This document shows, one piece after another, positions 33,221 through 42,922 of a stretch of 64,000 nt of DNA. Made by a program: the position numbers and the translations under genes. Each line of letters starts with the position of its first letter. Positions within the stretch are counted from its first letter, which is position 1. A model generated the notes under the pieces. The model did not search any database. It was not told the DNA's origin and saw only the letters and a list, made by a program, of their open reading frames with translations. Source of the DNA: a virus; IMG/VR virus record IMGVR_UViG_3300046787_000438, positions 32,001-96,000 of that record. One strand, written 5' to 3'.

Positions 33221-33352
33221 GGTATTAAATATAACATACTAAACACCGCTATTTGCATAGTTAATGTACAAAACATAATATGCATAAAGTCACGCAAACT
33301 TAGATTTTAAATTGTGTAAATCTAGGTTATATGGCGTTGATATACTTCTTAT

Positions 33353-33919
33353 ATGCCTCTTAAAGAACTTGTCAAAGATAGACTCTGGGAGTACGAAAAC
33401 TTCCTAACTGATGATGAAGTAGATACTCTTCTACGCATAGCTGAATCTACCGATGAGGAGGGGTGGAGGGTCGATAATTTGAACCCTCATGATGGCCACT
33501 ATGCTGGTAAGTCTCTACATGTCGCTAAAATGCGCGAAGCAAAATATAAAATACAAGACATAAATTACAGAATTTCCTTGCTTTTTACAGGCACTAATCG
33601 GATGGTTCCGACTGGAACAATTGTTAGAAACTCTGAAACTTTGCACCCAGTCGGTCTTCATCGCGATAACGAAGATGAAAATATGATCGATAACAGGAAT
33701 GCTGAGTGTCGGTTTGGGATACTTGTATACCTCAATAGTGACTTCGATGGGGGCGAAATCTGCTATCCAGAATATGGAATTGAATATAAGCCTAAGCGAG
33801 GTGTCTTACTTATTCACCATGCTGGAAATTTGCACGGGGTAAATCCTGTCAGTAACGGTACTCGCTACTCCATGACTTCTTTTGCTTGGGGTTCGGAAGC
33901 TAAACTACTAGGTATATAG
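33353..33919 (+). CDS. 2OG-Fe(II) oxygenase
   Basis: LHRD...YLNSDFDGGEI...HGV.PV..GTRY. Confidence 0.88.
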   Translation: MPLKELVKDRLWEYENFLTDDEVDTLLRIAESTDEEGWRVDNLNPHDGHYAGKSLHVAKMREAKYKIQDINYRISLLFTGTNRMVPTGTIVRNSETLHPVGLHRDNEDENMIDNRNAECRFGILVYLNSDFDGGEICYPEYGIEYKPKRGVLLIHHAGNLHGVNPVSNGTRYSMTSFAWGSEAKLLGI

Positions 33920-34455
33920 TCTCTAAAGAAGAATATAAAGTTGAATCGACGTCCCTCTTTGACTGTGTGGACTCCATGTAAGTTCTCGGCGTTACCTCTA
34001 AACATGATGAGGTCCCCCTCCTCTAACTTAACTTCTAATCCATGGTGTTGGAAATAGAGTTCTCCGCCCTCGTAATCGCTATTCAACATAAGGATAGATG
34101 AATAGTGTAGCTCTACGCTTGGCTTACCATCGTAATGGTCGCCATCATCATCGTGCGCTGGATTGTGAGCACCAGTGTCCATGATATTTCCGTATAGACG
34201 CTTCATATCAAAGGTGTGCTTTATGTCGTAGTTACTTCTAAAGTGACTTTCTACCTTATTCAGAAGCACTCTTAATGGTTGTAGAAATGAATTATTTTCA
34301 TTGTAAAGCTCCGAGATACCAACAGTAGATAGTCGATACCCTGGTCTAAAAGCATCCGCTACTGCATATGTCTCTATCCAAGTTCTATATGCCGCGCATT
34401 GAGAAGGGGTTAGAACGCCCTTTACCAGGGTGTAAGGTAGCTTGGAGTCTGTCAT
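33865..34455 (-). CDS. 2OG-Fe(II) oxygenase (paralog of 30720..31310)
   Basis: AHDD...LNSDYEGGELYF...HGV...R. Confidence 0.88.
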   Translation of the reverse strand: MTDSKLPYTLVKGVLTPSQCAAYRTWIETYAVADAFRPGYRLSTVGISELYNENNSFLQPLRVLLNKVESHFRSNYDIKHTFDMKRLYGNIMDTGAHNPAHDDDGDHYDGKPSVELHYSSILMLNSDYEGGELYFQHHGLEVKLEEGDLIMFRGNAENLHGVHTVKEGRRFNFIFFFRDYIPSSLASEPQAKEVME

Positions 34456-34480
34456 GCATATAGTCTACTATAATATTCAT

Positions 34481-35392
34481 ATGAGTGACGAATCTAGTGT
34501 AATGCTCTCGTTGGGAGAAAACTCTACAATAGTAGCAAAGTCTGTAGCAGACTATGTCCTGAAACTTGAGCTACCTCCAGTAGATACCTCTCATATATAT
34601 ACCGACTTTGAAGATACCGTTTACACGGATAAAAACTCTTTTGGGTACCGTTCGCCTGAATTTTTGGACGCCGATATTGTCTATGCTGGCTGCTCCCAGA
34701 CCTGGGGAATTGGTATTCCTGATAGAGAGTATTTATGGGGGTCCATCATTGCCAATAAATTAGGCTTGAGCTATGCGAACCTGTCTGGGCCAGGGTGGTC
34801 AACTGAGAAAATAGTTAGGATGATATTTGCATACCTGGCAACTAATAAAAAACCTAAATATATTTTATGTCTATTTCCTAATATAACTAGATCGGAAATA
34901 CTAATAGATGAGCGATATCTAAAAATAGATAGAGGATACGTGCCATCATTCTTGGCCTCGGAAAGAGTTCGAGGTGTATATCCAGCTACTTATGAAGCAT
35001 ATGATTCAGAGCATAGAGCGTCGATATCAAAGCGTCCTCATGGTGTGGAGCATGTTAACACTGCTCTTGATGCTGTGAGATCTGGCATGCAATCAATAAA
35101 TATACTCAAAATCTACTGCAGCTCCCTTGGAATAGATTTCCATTGGTCATCCTGGGATGGTGTCTTTAGAGATCTAGCCTCGACTTTGGGTACTACAGAC
35201 TATATACCCGTAGATGTGGATAAAGAAGATGGTGGCCTATTCACTAAAGATTGCCATCAGGACTACAAACTAACCTGCGAGGAATTTTTTACTGTAGCTA
35301 ATGATAGAAAACTTGGCAATTTCCATGCTCATATGGGTGCTCACGAGCATCTCCACTACGCCAGTGCATTTTTAGATAAACTTCAAGTATGA
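34481..35392 (+). CDS. SGNH/GDSL-like protein, paralog family copy 1
   Basis: NSFGYRS.EF, AGCSQTWG.G, HMGAHEH; start inferred from TATAAT plus 6 nt. Confidence 0.6.
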   Translation: MSDESSVMLSLGENSTIVAKSVADYVLKLELPPVDTSHIYTDFEDTVYTDKNSFGYRSPEFLDADIVYAGCSQTWGIGIPDREYLWGSIIANKLGLSYANLSGPGWSTEKIVRMIFAYLATNKKPKYILCLFPNITRSEILIDERYLKIDRGYVPSFLASERVRGVYPATYEAYDSEHRASISKRPHGVEHVNTALDAVRSGMQSINILKIYCSSLGIDFHWSSWDGVFRDLASTLGTTDYIPVDVDKEDGGLFTKDCHQDYKLTCEEFFTVANDRKLGNFHAHMGAHEHLHYASAFLDKLQV

Positions 35393-36825
35393 GAATACTT
35401 GGTATAAATGAAACAACACACGATGCGGCTGTCTCTGTTGTTGAAAATGGCCAAATACTTTTTGCTGCGCATGCTGAACGGTATTCCAAGAAGAAAAATG
35501 ATTGGTACACCAATAGAAAGCTGCTTTTAGAGGCACTATCATATGGCAAACCTGATCAAATTGCCTACTATGAGGACAGATGGCTAAAGAAGTGGCGCAT
35601 ATTCTCGCGCGGTGGGCTTGGTGGCGGTAAGCCTTTCTATAAGAGCATGCCAGAATTGCGTGATATTCCTACTTACACCGCATACCACCATCACTCACAT
35701 GCGGCAGCGGGGTACTACACTTCACCATTTGATGATGCAGTTGTTGTTGTCCTAGACGCTATTGGTGAATTCACTACCAGCTCGATCTGGATGGGTCAGG
35801 GAGACGAGCTTAGGCAAGTCAAGCGTTGGAAGTACCCATTTAGTTATGGTCTGTTCTACTCCGCCTTCACCGACCTTATTGGGTTAAAACCTAATGAGGA
35901 GGAGTACATCATGATGGGTATGGCTGCCTATGGCGACTGGACTAAGTACTACTACAAGGTTCTCCACTACTTCCCTAGATTTAATTATCAAACGTACAAC
36001 TTTCATAAAGGTATAGATAACTGGGGTCAGGGAATAACAGAGCAGGATCGGTTCGACATAGCTGCTGCTGTTCAGAAAGTCTATGAGCTCAGGCTTTGGG
36101 ACTTTATGCTCTATGCAAAGAAGAAAACTGGTAAGTCTAATCTTGTATTCATGGGTGGTTGCGCTTTAAATAGTAAGGCCAATACTGAGCTATGGGATCT
36201 ATTTGATGATATCTGGATTATGCCTAACCCAGGGGATGCTGGATCGTCTCTTGGAGCAGCAGCAATTGTTTACGGCAAAAAGCTAGACTGGCAAGGGCCA
36301 TATCTTGGAACAGACATCTCTGGAGAGTATCCAGTGGATAAGATAATAGAAGCACTTATTAAAGATAAGATAGCTCCAGTAGCTAGTGGAAGAGCAGAAT
36401 ATGGACCAAGAGCTCTCGGGAATCGTAGTATTCTCGCTGATCCTCGTGATCCTGACATCAAGGACAAGGTAAATAAAATTAAGCAGCGTGAGCTGTTTAG
36501 GCCGTTTGCTCCTGTAGTAATGGAGGAGTATGCAAGTGAGTGGTTTGATATGACCTATGCCTCGCCATATATGCAATTCACTCCTAGATGCCTAAAGCCA
36601 GAGCTTATACCTAGCGTTGTGCATGCTGACGGCACTTCTAGGGTTCAAACAATAAATAAAGAGCAGCACCCAGGGTTGTATGCTGTACTAAGTGCTTTCT
36701 ATCAAAAAACTGGAGTTCCAATTCTATTGAATACTAGTTTGAATATAAAAGGTCAACCAGTTTTAAATGATGACGTAGATGTTTTTGCCTGGGAATCCTA
36801 CTACGAGAAGGGTGTCATATCGTGA
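35389..36825 (+). CDS. Carbamoyltransferase (NodU/CmcH family)
   Basis: HDAA, HHHSHAA, MGMAAYG, GGCALN, PGDAG, GPRALGNRS, FRPFAP, LNTSLN. Confidence 0.95.
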   Translation: MRILGINETTHDAAVSVVENGQILFAAHAERYSKKKNDWYTNRKLLLEALSYGKPDQIAYYEDRWLKKWRIFSRGGLGGGKPFYKSMPELRDIPTYTAYHHHSHAAAGYYTSPFDDAVVVVLDAIGEFTTSSIWMGQGDELRQVKRWKYPFSYGLFYSAFTDLIGLKPNEEEYIMMGMAAYGDWTKYYYKVLHYFPRFNYQTYNFHKGIDNWGQGITEQDRFDIAAAVQKVYELRLWDFMLYAKKKTGKSNLVFMGGCALNSKANTELWDLFDDIWIMPNPGDAGSSLGAAAIVYGKKLDWQGPYLGTDISGEYPVDKIIEALIKDKIAPVASGRAEYGPRALGNRSILADPRDPDIKDKVNKIKQRELFRPFAPVVMEEYASEWFDMTYASPYMQFTPRCLKPELIPSVVHADGTSRVQTINKEQHPGLYAVLSAFYQKTGVPILLNTSLNIKGQPVLNDDVDVFAWESYYEKGVIS

Positions 36826-36917
36826 TGAAGATTGCATACTACATAGAACGTGCATACCTGAAAATTAAATATTGCTTATTTCCTAAGAAAAAGCCAAAGA
36901 GAGACTTTATATACTGA
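36825..36917 (+). CDS. 30-aa basic peptide ending RDFIY
   Basis: TGATG overlaps at both ends; MKIAYYIERAYLKIKYCLFPKKKPKRDFIY. Confidence 0.6.
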   Translation: MKIAYYIERAYLKIKYCLFPKKKPKRDFIY

Positions 36918-37579
36918 TGAGATCCGAACCTAAACTAAATCCTGAAAGCTCTAAAGAAGAGTTCTATGAAGATCCTATTTTTACAAAAGAAAATAGATAC
37001 CTGGAGAAAAAATTTGACACCTTATCTGGAGTTATCTCCCCTGAAGAGAGTACTGCATTAGAAAATTTTATTAACTCTAAGCTTTCAGCTAATACTACTG
37101 ACTTAGATATTAGTCAAGTGCGCACCCTACAATACCGACCTGATGAATGGGATTCTATGGGAGTAGTGCAGAAAGTTCAAGATATTGCTAGGGACCATAT
37201 CTATAAGACTTATGCAGTCTGTGGCCAACTAGAACCTAGGAGTTTTTCTATTCTGCGCACGGAAGACGTGCAAACATATAAAGAAGAGTACGGGCTGTAC
37301 AATCAGAATAACGAAATTCTATACACTGCAATAGTCACTGCCTCCCACCCTGATGACTACTATTCTGGGGAGACCCTCTACTTAAATAACGGAGAGGGGT
37401 TCAGGCCTGCCAGATCCGATGTAGTTATTCATAGAAATGAAAGGCTAAACGACTGGGAGATAGTTGAAGTTGTGACGGGGGTAAGGCTGGATCTAATTAT
37501 TGTCTTTCAAGAAATAGATCGCAAGGTCTCGTACGACTACCCTATAGATCAATTAGATGAAGCATCTGTTAATTTTTAA
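36917..37579 (+). CDS. Degenerate 2OG-oxygenase-like protein lacking HxD/H ligands
   Basis: DDYYSGETLY...FRP...EVVTGVR echoes the fold motifs, but no HxD is present. Confidence 0.5.
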   Translation: MRSEPKLNPESSKEEFYEDPIFTKENRYLEKKFDTLSGVISPEESTALENFINSKLSANTTDLDISQVRTLQYRPDEWDSMGVVQKVQDIARDHIYKTYAVCGQLEPRSFSILRTEDVQTYKEEYGLYNQNNEILYTAIVTASHPDDYYSGETLYLNNGEGFRPARSDVVIHRNERLNDWEIVEVVTGVRLDLIIVFQEIDRKVSYDYPIDQLDEASVNF

Positions 37580-37582
37580 TTC

Positions 37583-38236
37583 TTAGTTATTAGCCCTATG
37601 AGCGGCCCAGGCATCATCCTGCGCCGAGAAAAAGTTGGTTAGGCTACATCTAAAGCCATCAGTCACTTCGTATACTTCATGCGGCATATCAGATGGTGAG
37701 ATGACTAAAGCGCCTCTAGAAGGTGTAACTCTCGGTCCAGCATCGTATACAAGATCTCCACCAACAAACTGGTCTGGGTTGCTCACGTAGAAAACGAGTG
37801 CAAACTCATGGCAGTCAACATGATTATTGAAGCTGTGCCCTGCTGAATAGACGTGGATTGGATCAAACTTAATTGCACCTGGATCGACAAACTTTTTAGG
37901 ATTGTTAATTAGTCTTAAATATTCCTCAATTACTGGGATCAGGTTATGCTGCAACTTTTCGATAATGTCCTGGATATGCTTTGGTCCAAGCTTGGTGTGG
38001 ACATTCTTAGACCCCCAGAAGTCCTTAAGTCGGCCAACATCTCTAGTGATAGTGTGATCTAGCTGAATGAATGCTGACTCACCATATTTACTATCTATTT
38101 CCATCTGTGCCCGAGATTCTTCAGTCTCTGCAAGCTTAGTCTCCACTGCATAGTTGTGTAGAAGAATGCACTCTTCATCGGTCAAGATGTCTCGAGTAAT
38201 GGCTATAGGGGTTTCATCGAAAAATTCAAAGTTCAT
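37583..38236 (-). CDS. 2OG-Fe(II) oxygenase
   Basis: NHVD...FVGGDL...PHEV.EV..G.R. Confidence 0.85.
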   Translation of the reverse strand: MNFEFFDETPIAITRDILTDEECILLHNYAVETKLAETEESRAQMEIDSKYGESAFIQLDHTITRDVGRLKDFWGSKNVHTKLGPKHIQDIIEKLQHNLIPVIEEYLRLINNPKKFVDPGAIKFDPIHVYSAGHSFNNHVDCHEFALVFYVSNPDQFVGGDLVYDAGPRVTPSRGALVISPSDMPHEVYEVTDGFRCSLTNFFSAQDDAWAAHRANN

Positions 38237-38325
38237 GCCCTTATTTTACCAGAGTCCTAGGCACCGTATAATGGTATCCTTCTAGTATTAAAATGTACTA
38301 TACGCCACTATTGTAGGGACTACAG

Positions 38326-38721
38326 ATGGGGACTCCGAAGAAGGTTAAAATTGGCGGTCAGATCTTCAAGATTGAAGAGCGCACGATCAAGTCTGACGGC
38401 ACCCTAAATGACAATTCTTATGGCTACACTATTGATCAGGGTAACCTAATAGTGATAGATGCCAATATTGCTTTCACTAAAAAACAACAAACTCTTCTAC
38501 ATGAAATCATCCATGTCATAACTATGGTGTACTCTGGTCAAGTTCAGCCAAAGCCAAAAGATGATTATGATGTTTGGGAACATCATTTCATTGGAATTTG
38601 GGAAGCACCTATGCTATCGTTCATAAAAGACAATCCCGATATTATCGAATGGTTACAGTTGGAAGAGGATTTTAATGGGGCGCAAGAAAAAGCCAAGCCT
38701 ACCCGTGGGGCCAAAGCCTAA
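38326..38721 (+). CDS. HExxH metallopeptidase-like protein
   Basis: QTLLHEIIH...E. Confidence 0.65.
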   Translation: MGTPKKVKIGGQIFKIEERTIKSDGTLNDNSYGYTIDQGNLIVIDANIAFTKKQQTLLHEIIHVITMVYSGQVQPKPKDDYDVWEHHFIGIWEAPMLSFIKDNPDIIEWLQLEEDFNGAQEKAKPTRGAKA

Positions 38722-39025
38722 TGATGGTTGGGTGTATCTCACTGAGATACAGATAAATGGACGTCACGTTTCCAAAGGCACTGAGTTGAAAATCTCTGGC
38801 GAACGTGGTAGATTTCGATTTGTACAACATGTAACTACATCTGATGGCAAAGTCTGGGTGGACGTCTATGGCGGACCTAGGCATATGGAAACTATGAGAA
38901 GTTTCTATCCTGACCGTATTAAGCGAGTTCATTATAAAAATCAAACGGTAGCCAATTTGGCCATTGAACATAAAGAAAAGATGGCTGCTAAGAGAGCCGA
39001 ACTGGAAGTAAACGATAATGAGTAA
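38675..39025 (+). CDS. Hypothetical protein
   Basis: Intact ORF in an operon. Confidence 0.65.
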   Translation: MGRKKKPSLPVGPKPNDGWVYLTEIQINGRHVSKGTELKISGERGRFRFVQHVTTSDGKVWVDVYGGPRHMETMRSFYPDRIKRVHYKNQTVANLAIEHKEKMAAKRAELEVNDNE

Positions 39026-39143
39026 TGATAAGGATTGCTGCCATAAATGCGGTGCCTGGTATAAACTAGAATTTCTATTTAGTGGCCTGTGTCCATTTTG
39101 TAGAGGAACCCTAAAAAATGAAGGAGTACATCGGTGGGCGTGA
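39018..39143 (+). CDS. 41-aa CxxC..CxxC zinc-finger-like peptide
   Basis: [14 protein letters not shown]...LCPFCR; GTGA overlap with dut. Confidence 0.5.
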   Translation: MSNDKDCCHKCGAWYKLEFLFSGLCPFCRGTLKNEGVHRWA

Positions 39144-39562
39144 AGATTAAAGTTGTTGGGGATATCCTGCCTAAGTACGCTACTCGCGGTGATGCTGGAG
39201 CTGATCTAGTTTCATCGGAAGATGTACGCATTGCTGCCCGCCAACGAGTTTTAGTTAAGACTGGCATTAAGATTGCAATCCCTGAGGGATATGTTGGATT
39301 GGTACACCCTAGAAGTGGTTTGGCGTTAAAGCATGGAATTACTGTGCTCAATGCTCCAGGAACTATCGATGCTGGATATCGTGGAGAAGTTGGTGTCATC
39401 TTGTTGAATACTGGGTCGCTCGACTTTGAAGTTAAAGCTGGCGACCGCATTGCCCAGCTGGTAATCCAAAAGGTTGAATATGCTGAGTTTGAAATTGTAG
39501 ACGCCCTAACTGAAACCGATAGAGGCGATGGTGGATTTGGATCTACTGGAGTTACTAGCTAA
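39140..39562 (+). CDS. dut: Trimeric dUTPase
   Basis: [36 protein letters not shown]. Confidence 0.96.
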   Translation: MKIKVVGDILPKYATRGDAGADLVSSEDVRIAARQRVLVKTGIKIAIPEGYVGLVHPRSGLALKHGITVLNAPGTIDAGYRGEVGVILLNTGSLDFEVKAGDRIAQLVIQKVEYAEFEIVDALTETDRGDGGFGSTGVTS

Positions 39563-40590
39563 TGGGACACTCTTATCCAAAAAATCCTAATAGAGATTAT
39601 AGTGAAGACCTAAAGTTAGAACTCGACCCCTCTCTTTGGGAAGATACTGGAATCTACACTAAAGAGCAACTTCTATCTATATTTGGTATTTATGCCCTGC
39701 GTACGCGTAATTCCGAGGATATGCCCGACTGGTCAGAAACTGTAGACTCAGTGCACATATATAATCAGAACTCTTATGGATATAGGGACCGTGAGTACTC
39801 TGGCCCCTCTGAGTTGATTGCTGCTGGGTGCTCGCATACTTTTGGTCAAGGTGTACATGAAGATGGGAGATGGTCAACTCTTCTAGGCGAGCAATTAGGG
39901 CTGACTACTGCGACTCTTGCAGTCCCTGGGTGGGGGACTAAAACTGCCATTAGTGCAGTCATGCATCATATTAAACGATATGGCAAGCCTAAAGTAGTTG
40001 CGCTACTACTCCCTGACTTTTCTAGATTCGACACTATTACTAACTCTAGGTATTGCGTAGAAGAAAAATTTAATACTGGCAGCATCAACCCAGTTAGATT
40101 AACCCACACGAATAGGTCTATGAAGAATGCTGATACTCCTAAGTACGCTAAGCGCCCTTTCCCTATTGATAAAGTATTAAATGCTGAAGCTGCATATTTT
40201 GCATCTGGTCAGGCCTTGGCTCATTTCTCTGAATACTGTAAAGAGGCTGGAATTAATCTAGTCTGGGCTACATGGGACTTTAGATTAGATTACCTGACTC
40301 GATATGTCAGAGACTTAACTACTACTGCAGAAGACGAGAGGGATTTTAGCGACTTGAAGTTATCTGAGACCCATCTTCCGTACACTAACTTTGATAACTA
40401 TATAGATATGGAATTTTTCTATCTGGAGGGTAGCTGTGTAGATGACTTCTCTAAACTTGATTGCCACCAAGAATTGAGAGACAAGCACGGTAACTGCTGC
40501 TTTGATGAGGCAACCGATAAGCAAGAGCATATGGGAGTGCATATGCATGCTCATATTGCTGATAAATTCTACTCTAGGCTAGACCACTGA
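39562..40590 (+). CDS. SGNH/GDSL-like protein, paralog family copy 2
   Basis: NSYGYR, AGCSHTFG.G, HMGVHMH. Confidence 0.6.
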   Translation: MGHSYPKNPNRDYSEDLKLELDPSLWEDTGIYTKEQLLSIFGIYALRTRNSEDMPDWSETVDSVHIYNQNSYGYRDREYSGPSELIAAGCSHTFGQGVHEDGRWSTLLGEQLGLTTATLAVPGWGTKTAISAVMHHIKRYGKPKVVALLLPDFSRFDTITNSRYCVEEKFNTGSINPVRLTHTNRSMKNADTPKYAKRPFPIDKVLNAEAAYFASGQALAHFSEYCKEAGINLVWATWDFRLDYLTRYVRDLTTTAEDERDFSDLKLSETHLPYTNFDNYIDMEFFYLEGSCVDDFSKLDCHQELRDKHGNCCFDEATDKQEHMGVHMHAHIADKFYSRLDH

Positions 40591-41348
40591 GTCTGCCCCC
40601 CCCCCTCCCCGTAGACGGGTGGCACGGATAGTCTTTCTCGGATGGCATCTAAAATTGCAGGATCATCCTGCTGATCTTTAGATGGGGCAAACATGGCTCG
40701 AGTTCTATGGCCCTCTACTGTACTATCATCTTTTATGTAATAGAAGAGAGCGATACTTTTTCTATTCTGCCCCCTTGTTGCAGACAGTTTTTCTGGCAGC
40801 CCATGCCATGAATTTTGCGTGGTGTCAAAAATTATAGCTCTATTGAAGCTAGGTTCTATCTCCTTGACTAATTCTCCAGGACTACCACTCTCATCTGCTG
40901 ACCACAGTTGGAGGTTACCTCCCCAGGTGGGCTGCCAGTGGGGGTTTAAGTAGATTACTATATTTAGTTTACGCTTTAGTCCTAATTTAGGATGAAGCTC
41001 TGCATCTTGATGTAAGTTCAGCTTTCCAGTGGTTCCACTGTGTATATGCATCCCTCCACCATGAAGTCCATAGTCCGATACTAGCCCCTCTATTCCTGTA
41101 AGTGTCTCTAGCTGATTTATGAACTTTTGGGAGCATAGATAGAAAAAAGCTGCATATATGCTTTTTGGATATCCGTCCCAGTGCGTTGAGATCCTCTTAT
41201 CCTCTAATTCGTTTGAGTGTCGGGTTAGCCATCTAGGATCGTCATACTCATAGAAATCGGAGGCAAGCTGCACTGCGGTGGCGGTATCAAAGAAATCATC
41301 TATCACCCAGTGATCAAATGGAGTAGAGTTGTGTGCGGCATCTTGCAT
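40569..41348 (-). CDS. 2OG-Fe(II) oxygenase
   Basis: PFDHWVID.F, HGGG.H, LHQD, YLN..W...WGG.L.LW, P.FNR.IIF, WHG, RKS. Confidence 0.88.
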   Translation of the reverse strand: MQDAAHNSTPFDHWVIDDFFDTATAVQLASDFYEYDDPRWLTRHSNELEDKRISTHWDGYPKSIYAAFFYLCSQKFINQLETLTGIEGLVSDYGLHGGGMHIHSGTTGKLNLHQDAELHPKLGLKRKLNIVIYLNPHWQPTWGGNLQLWSADESGSPGELVKEIEPSFNRAIIFDTTQNSWHGLPEKLSATRGQNRKSIALFYYIKDDSTVEGHRTRAMFAPSKDQQDDPAILDAIRERLSVPPVYGEGGGQTQWSSLE

Positions 41349-41390
41349 AGCCAAATTATATCAATTAATATAGTTAAATTAGGATTAAGT

Positions 41391-41534
41391 ATGAAAGATG
41401 ATCTGGTTGAGAAGCGGACTTTATTTGGTTGGTGCATAACTGGCCATCACAAGATCTGTATACTTGAATTCCCTGGACACCGCTGCGGTTGCCAGTGCCA
41501 TGTGGCAGAGGAGATTGAAAATGTCAGTAGTTAG
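41391..41534 (+). CDS. Small Cys/His-rich protein
   Basis: FGWCITGHH..C...C.C.CH. Confidence 0.5.
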   Translation: MKDDLVEKRTLFGWCITGHHKICILEFPGHRCGCQCHVAEEIENVSS

Positions 41535-41724
41535 TGAATATCAAAGTAGCGGAACTGCTGGAATGTGGGCAGTCATTATTTTGGAAGATGGCTTAGTATT
41601 TGAAGGGGTCGTCAAAAATGAGCTGTCGCAGGGCATATACCTAGCGATCGGAGGGGATCCAAGTCGACTGACCTTGTTTCCTTGGGGCAGAGTCGCTAGG
41701 GTCAGCTATAAATTAACTGACTAA
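41521..41724 (+). CDS. Hypothetical protein
   Basis: ORF with AGGAG RBS. Confidence 0.55.
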   Translation: MSVVSEYQSSGTAGMWAVIILEDGLVFEGVVKNELSQGIYLAIGGDPSRLTLFPWGRVARVSYKLTD

Positions 41725-41744
41725 CTGAGTGATAAGATAGCCGC

Positions 41745-42209
41745 ATGGGTATTAATATGTTGGCAAATTATTTGTCCAGAAGCCAGATTAGAGAATATCT
41801 CTCCTACATTCTAGAAAATGGGACTGACCTTATTGTAGAGAGTCCTGATGGTGTGCACGTCGCTGAGCCCCTTAACATCAGAATTGGCTCTTCAATCAAC
41901 TCCATAAACCTATTTCACGTAGGGCGACACGACGATGATCGAACTAAACTAACTCAACAGCAAGTAGTACTTAGTGCTAACGATATTAAGCCATCTCTAC
42001 CCGATGAGGCGCTTGTTATCGGAGTCATTTACATGTCCAAGCTTGGACGCGACTACAGCGGAGATCGAGATATTCTAGGTGAAGATTCCTATAACGGAGA
42101 TATCGGGGATGTTATCTGGTTTGATAGAGCTAGCTGGAATGAGTTCTCGCTCGGTAAAACCGTGGACGGTGTCAACTGTAGACTTTTTGTCTTTTGGAGG
42201 GTAGCCTAG
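41745..42209 (+). CDS. Hypothetical protein
   Basis: TAAGAT 6 nt upstream of the ATG. Confidence 0.6.
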   Translation: MGINMLANYLSRSQIREYLSYILENGTDLIVESPDGVHVAEPLNIRIGSSINSINLFHVGRHDDDRTKLTQQQVVLSANDIKPSLPDEALVIGVIYMSKLGRDYSGDRDILGEDSYNGDIGDVIWFDRASWNEFSLGKTVDGVNCRLFVFWRVA

Positions 42210-42922
42210 TGTTTTTTGATCCAGTACCTCTAAAGAACATATTTACCGAAAACCAGCGGATTGAGCTGTTAGGGGTTGTTGATGAGTACCTGAGTCCCGA
42301 TAAGAAATACTACTTCGATGACATCAGCGATAGGGAAGTACGACGAGCTAAAGGCCTAGCTAAATTTAATGAAATTCTTGAGCCGATTGCCAAGGAAGTT
42401 TTTGATGATGAGACACTAAAGGCAACTTACAGTATCCTGCTTAGCTATGACGCTAAATCACATTTGGTAGGTCATCATGACACTAATGCAAACATTTACA
42501 CGATTAACTATTGCGTTAAGTCTAACGTCGAGTGGCCTATCTGGTTTGGTACTGATGAAGATCGAATTGGATTAGACATACCAGAAGGCGAAGCATTAGC
42601 ATTTATGGGCTGCGATGATTTCCATTACAGGGAGCATACAGATCGGGAGGATGCAGAGCTTGTACTAGTCATGTTCCACTTCTGTCCATCAGATCATTGG
42701 TATTTCACTAAAGGGGAGGCGCACTTCAAGGACGTGCAGGACCACTTCGAGGTAGTTGGCAAAGTTCGTAAAGAAGCTGAAGATTTAGAGTGGTCTAGAG
42801 ATAATAACCCTAATGTATCTGAAGAAGATCTAGAAATTTTAAACGTCGCTATTGAAAATATGAGGAGCGAGCTAGTAAGACTAGAGGCGATGCATGATCG
42901 AATCAATGGGCTCATTGGATAA
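42209..42922 (+). CDS. 2OG-Fe(II) oxygenase-like protein
   Basis: L.GHHD.NA..YTI.......WPI...GEAL...G....HYRE. Confidence 0.72.
   Translation: MFFDPVPLKNIFTENQRIELLGVVDEYLSPDKKYYFDDISDREVRRAKGLAKFNEILEPIAKEVFDDETLKATYSILLSYDAKSHLVGHHDTNANIYTINYCVKSNVEWPIWFGTDEDRIGLDIPEGEALAFMGCDDFHYREHTDREDAELVLVMFHFCPSDHWYFTKGEAHFKDVQDHFEVVGKVRKEAEDLEWSRDNNPNVSEEDLEILNVAIENMRSELVRLEAMHDRINGLIG

Noticed and set aside
40596-40610. C10 homopolymer as a phase-variation switch
   Set aside because: It lies in the last few codons of the oxygenase gene, so slippage would change only the tail
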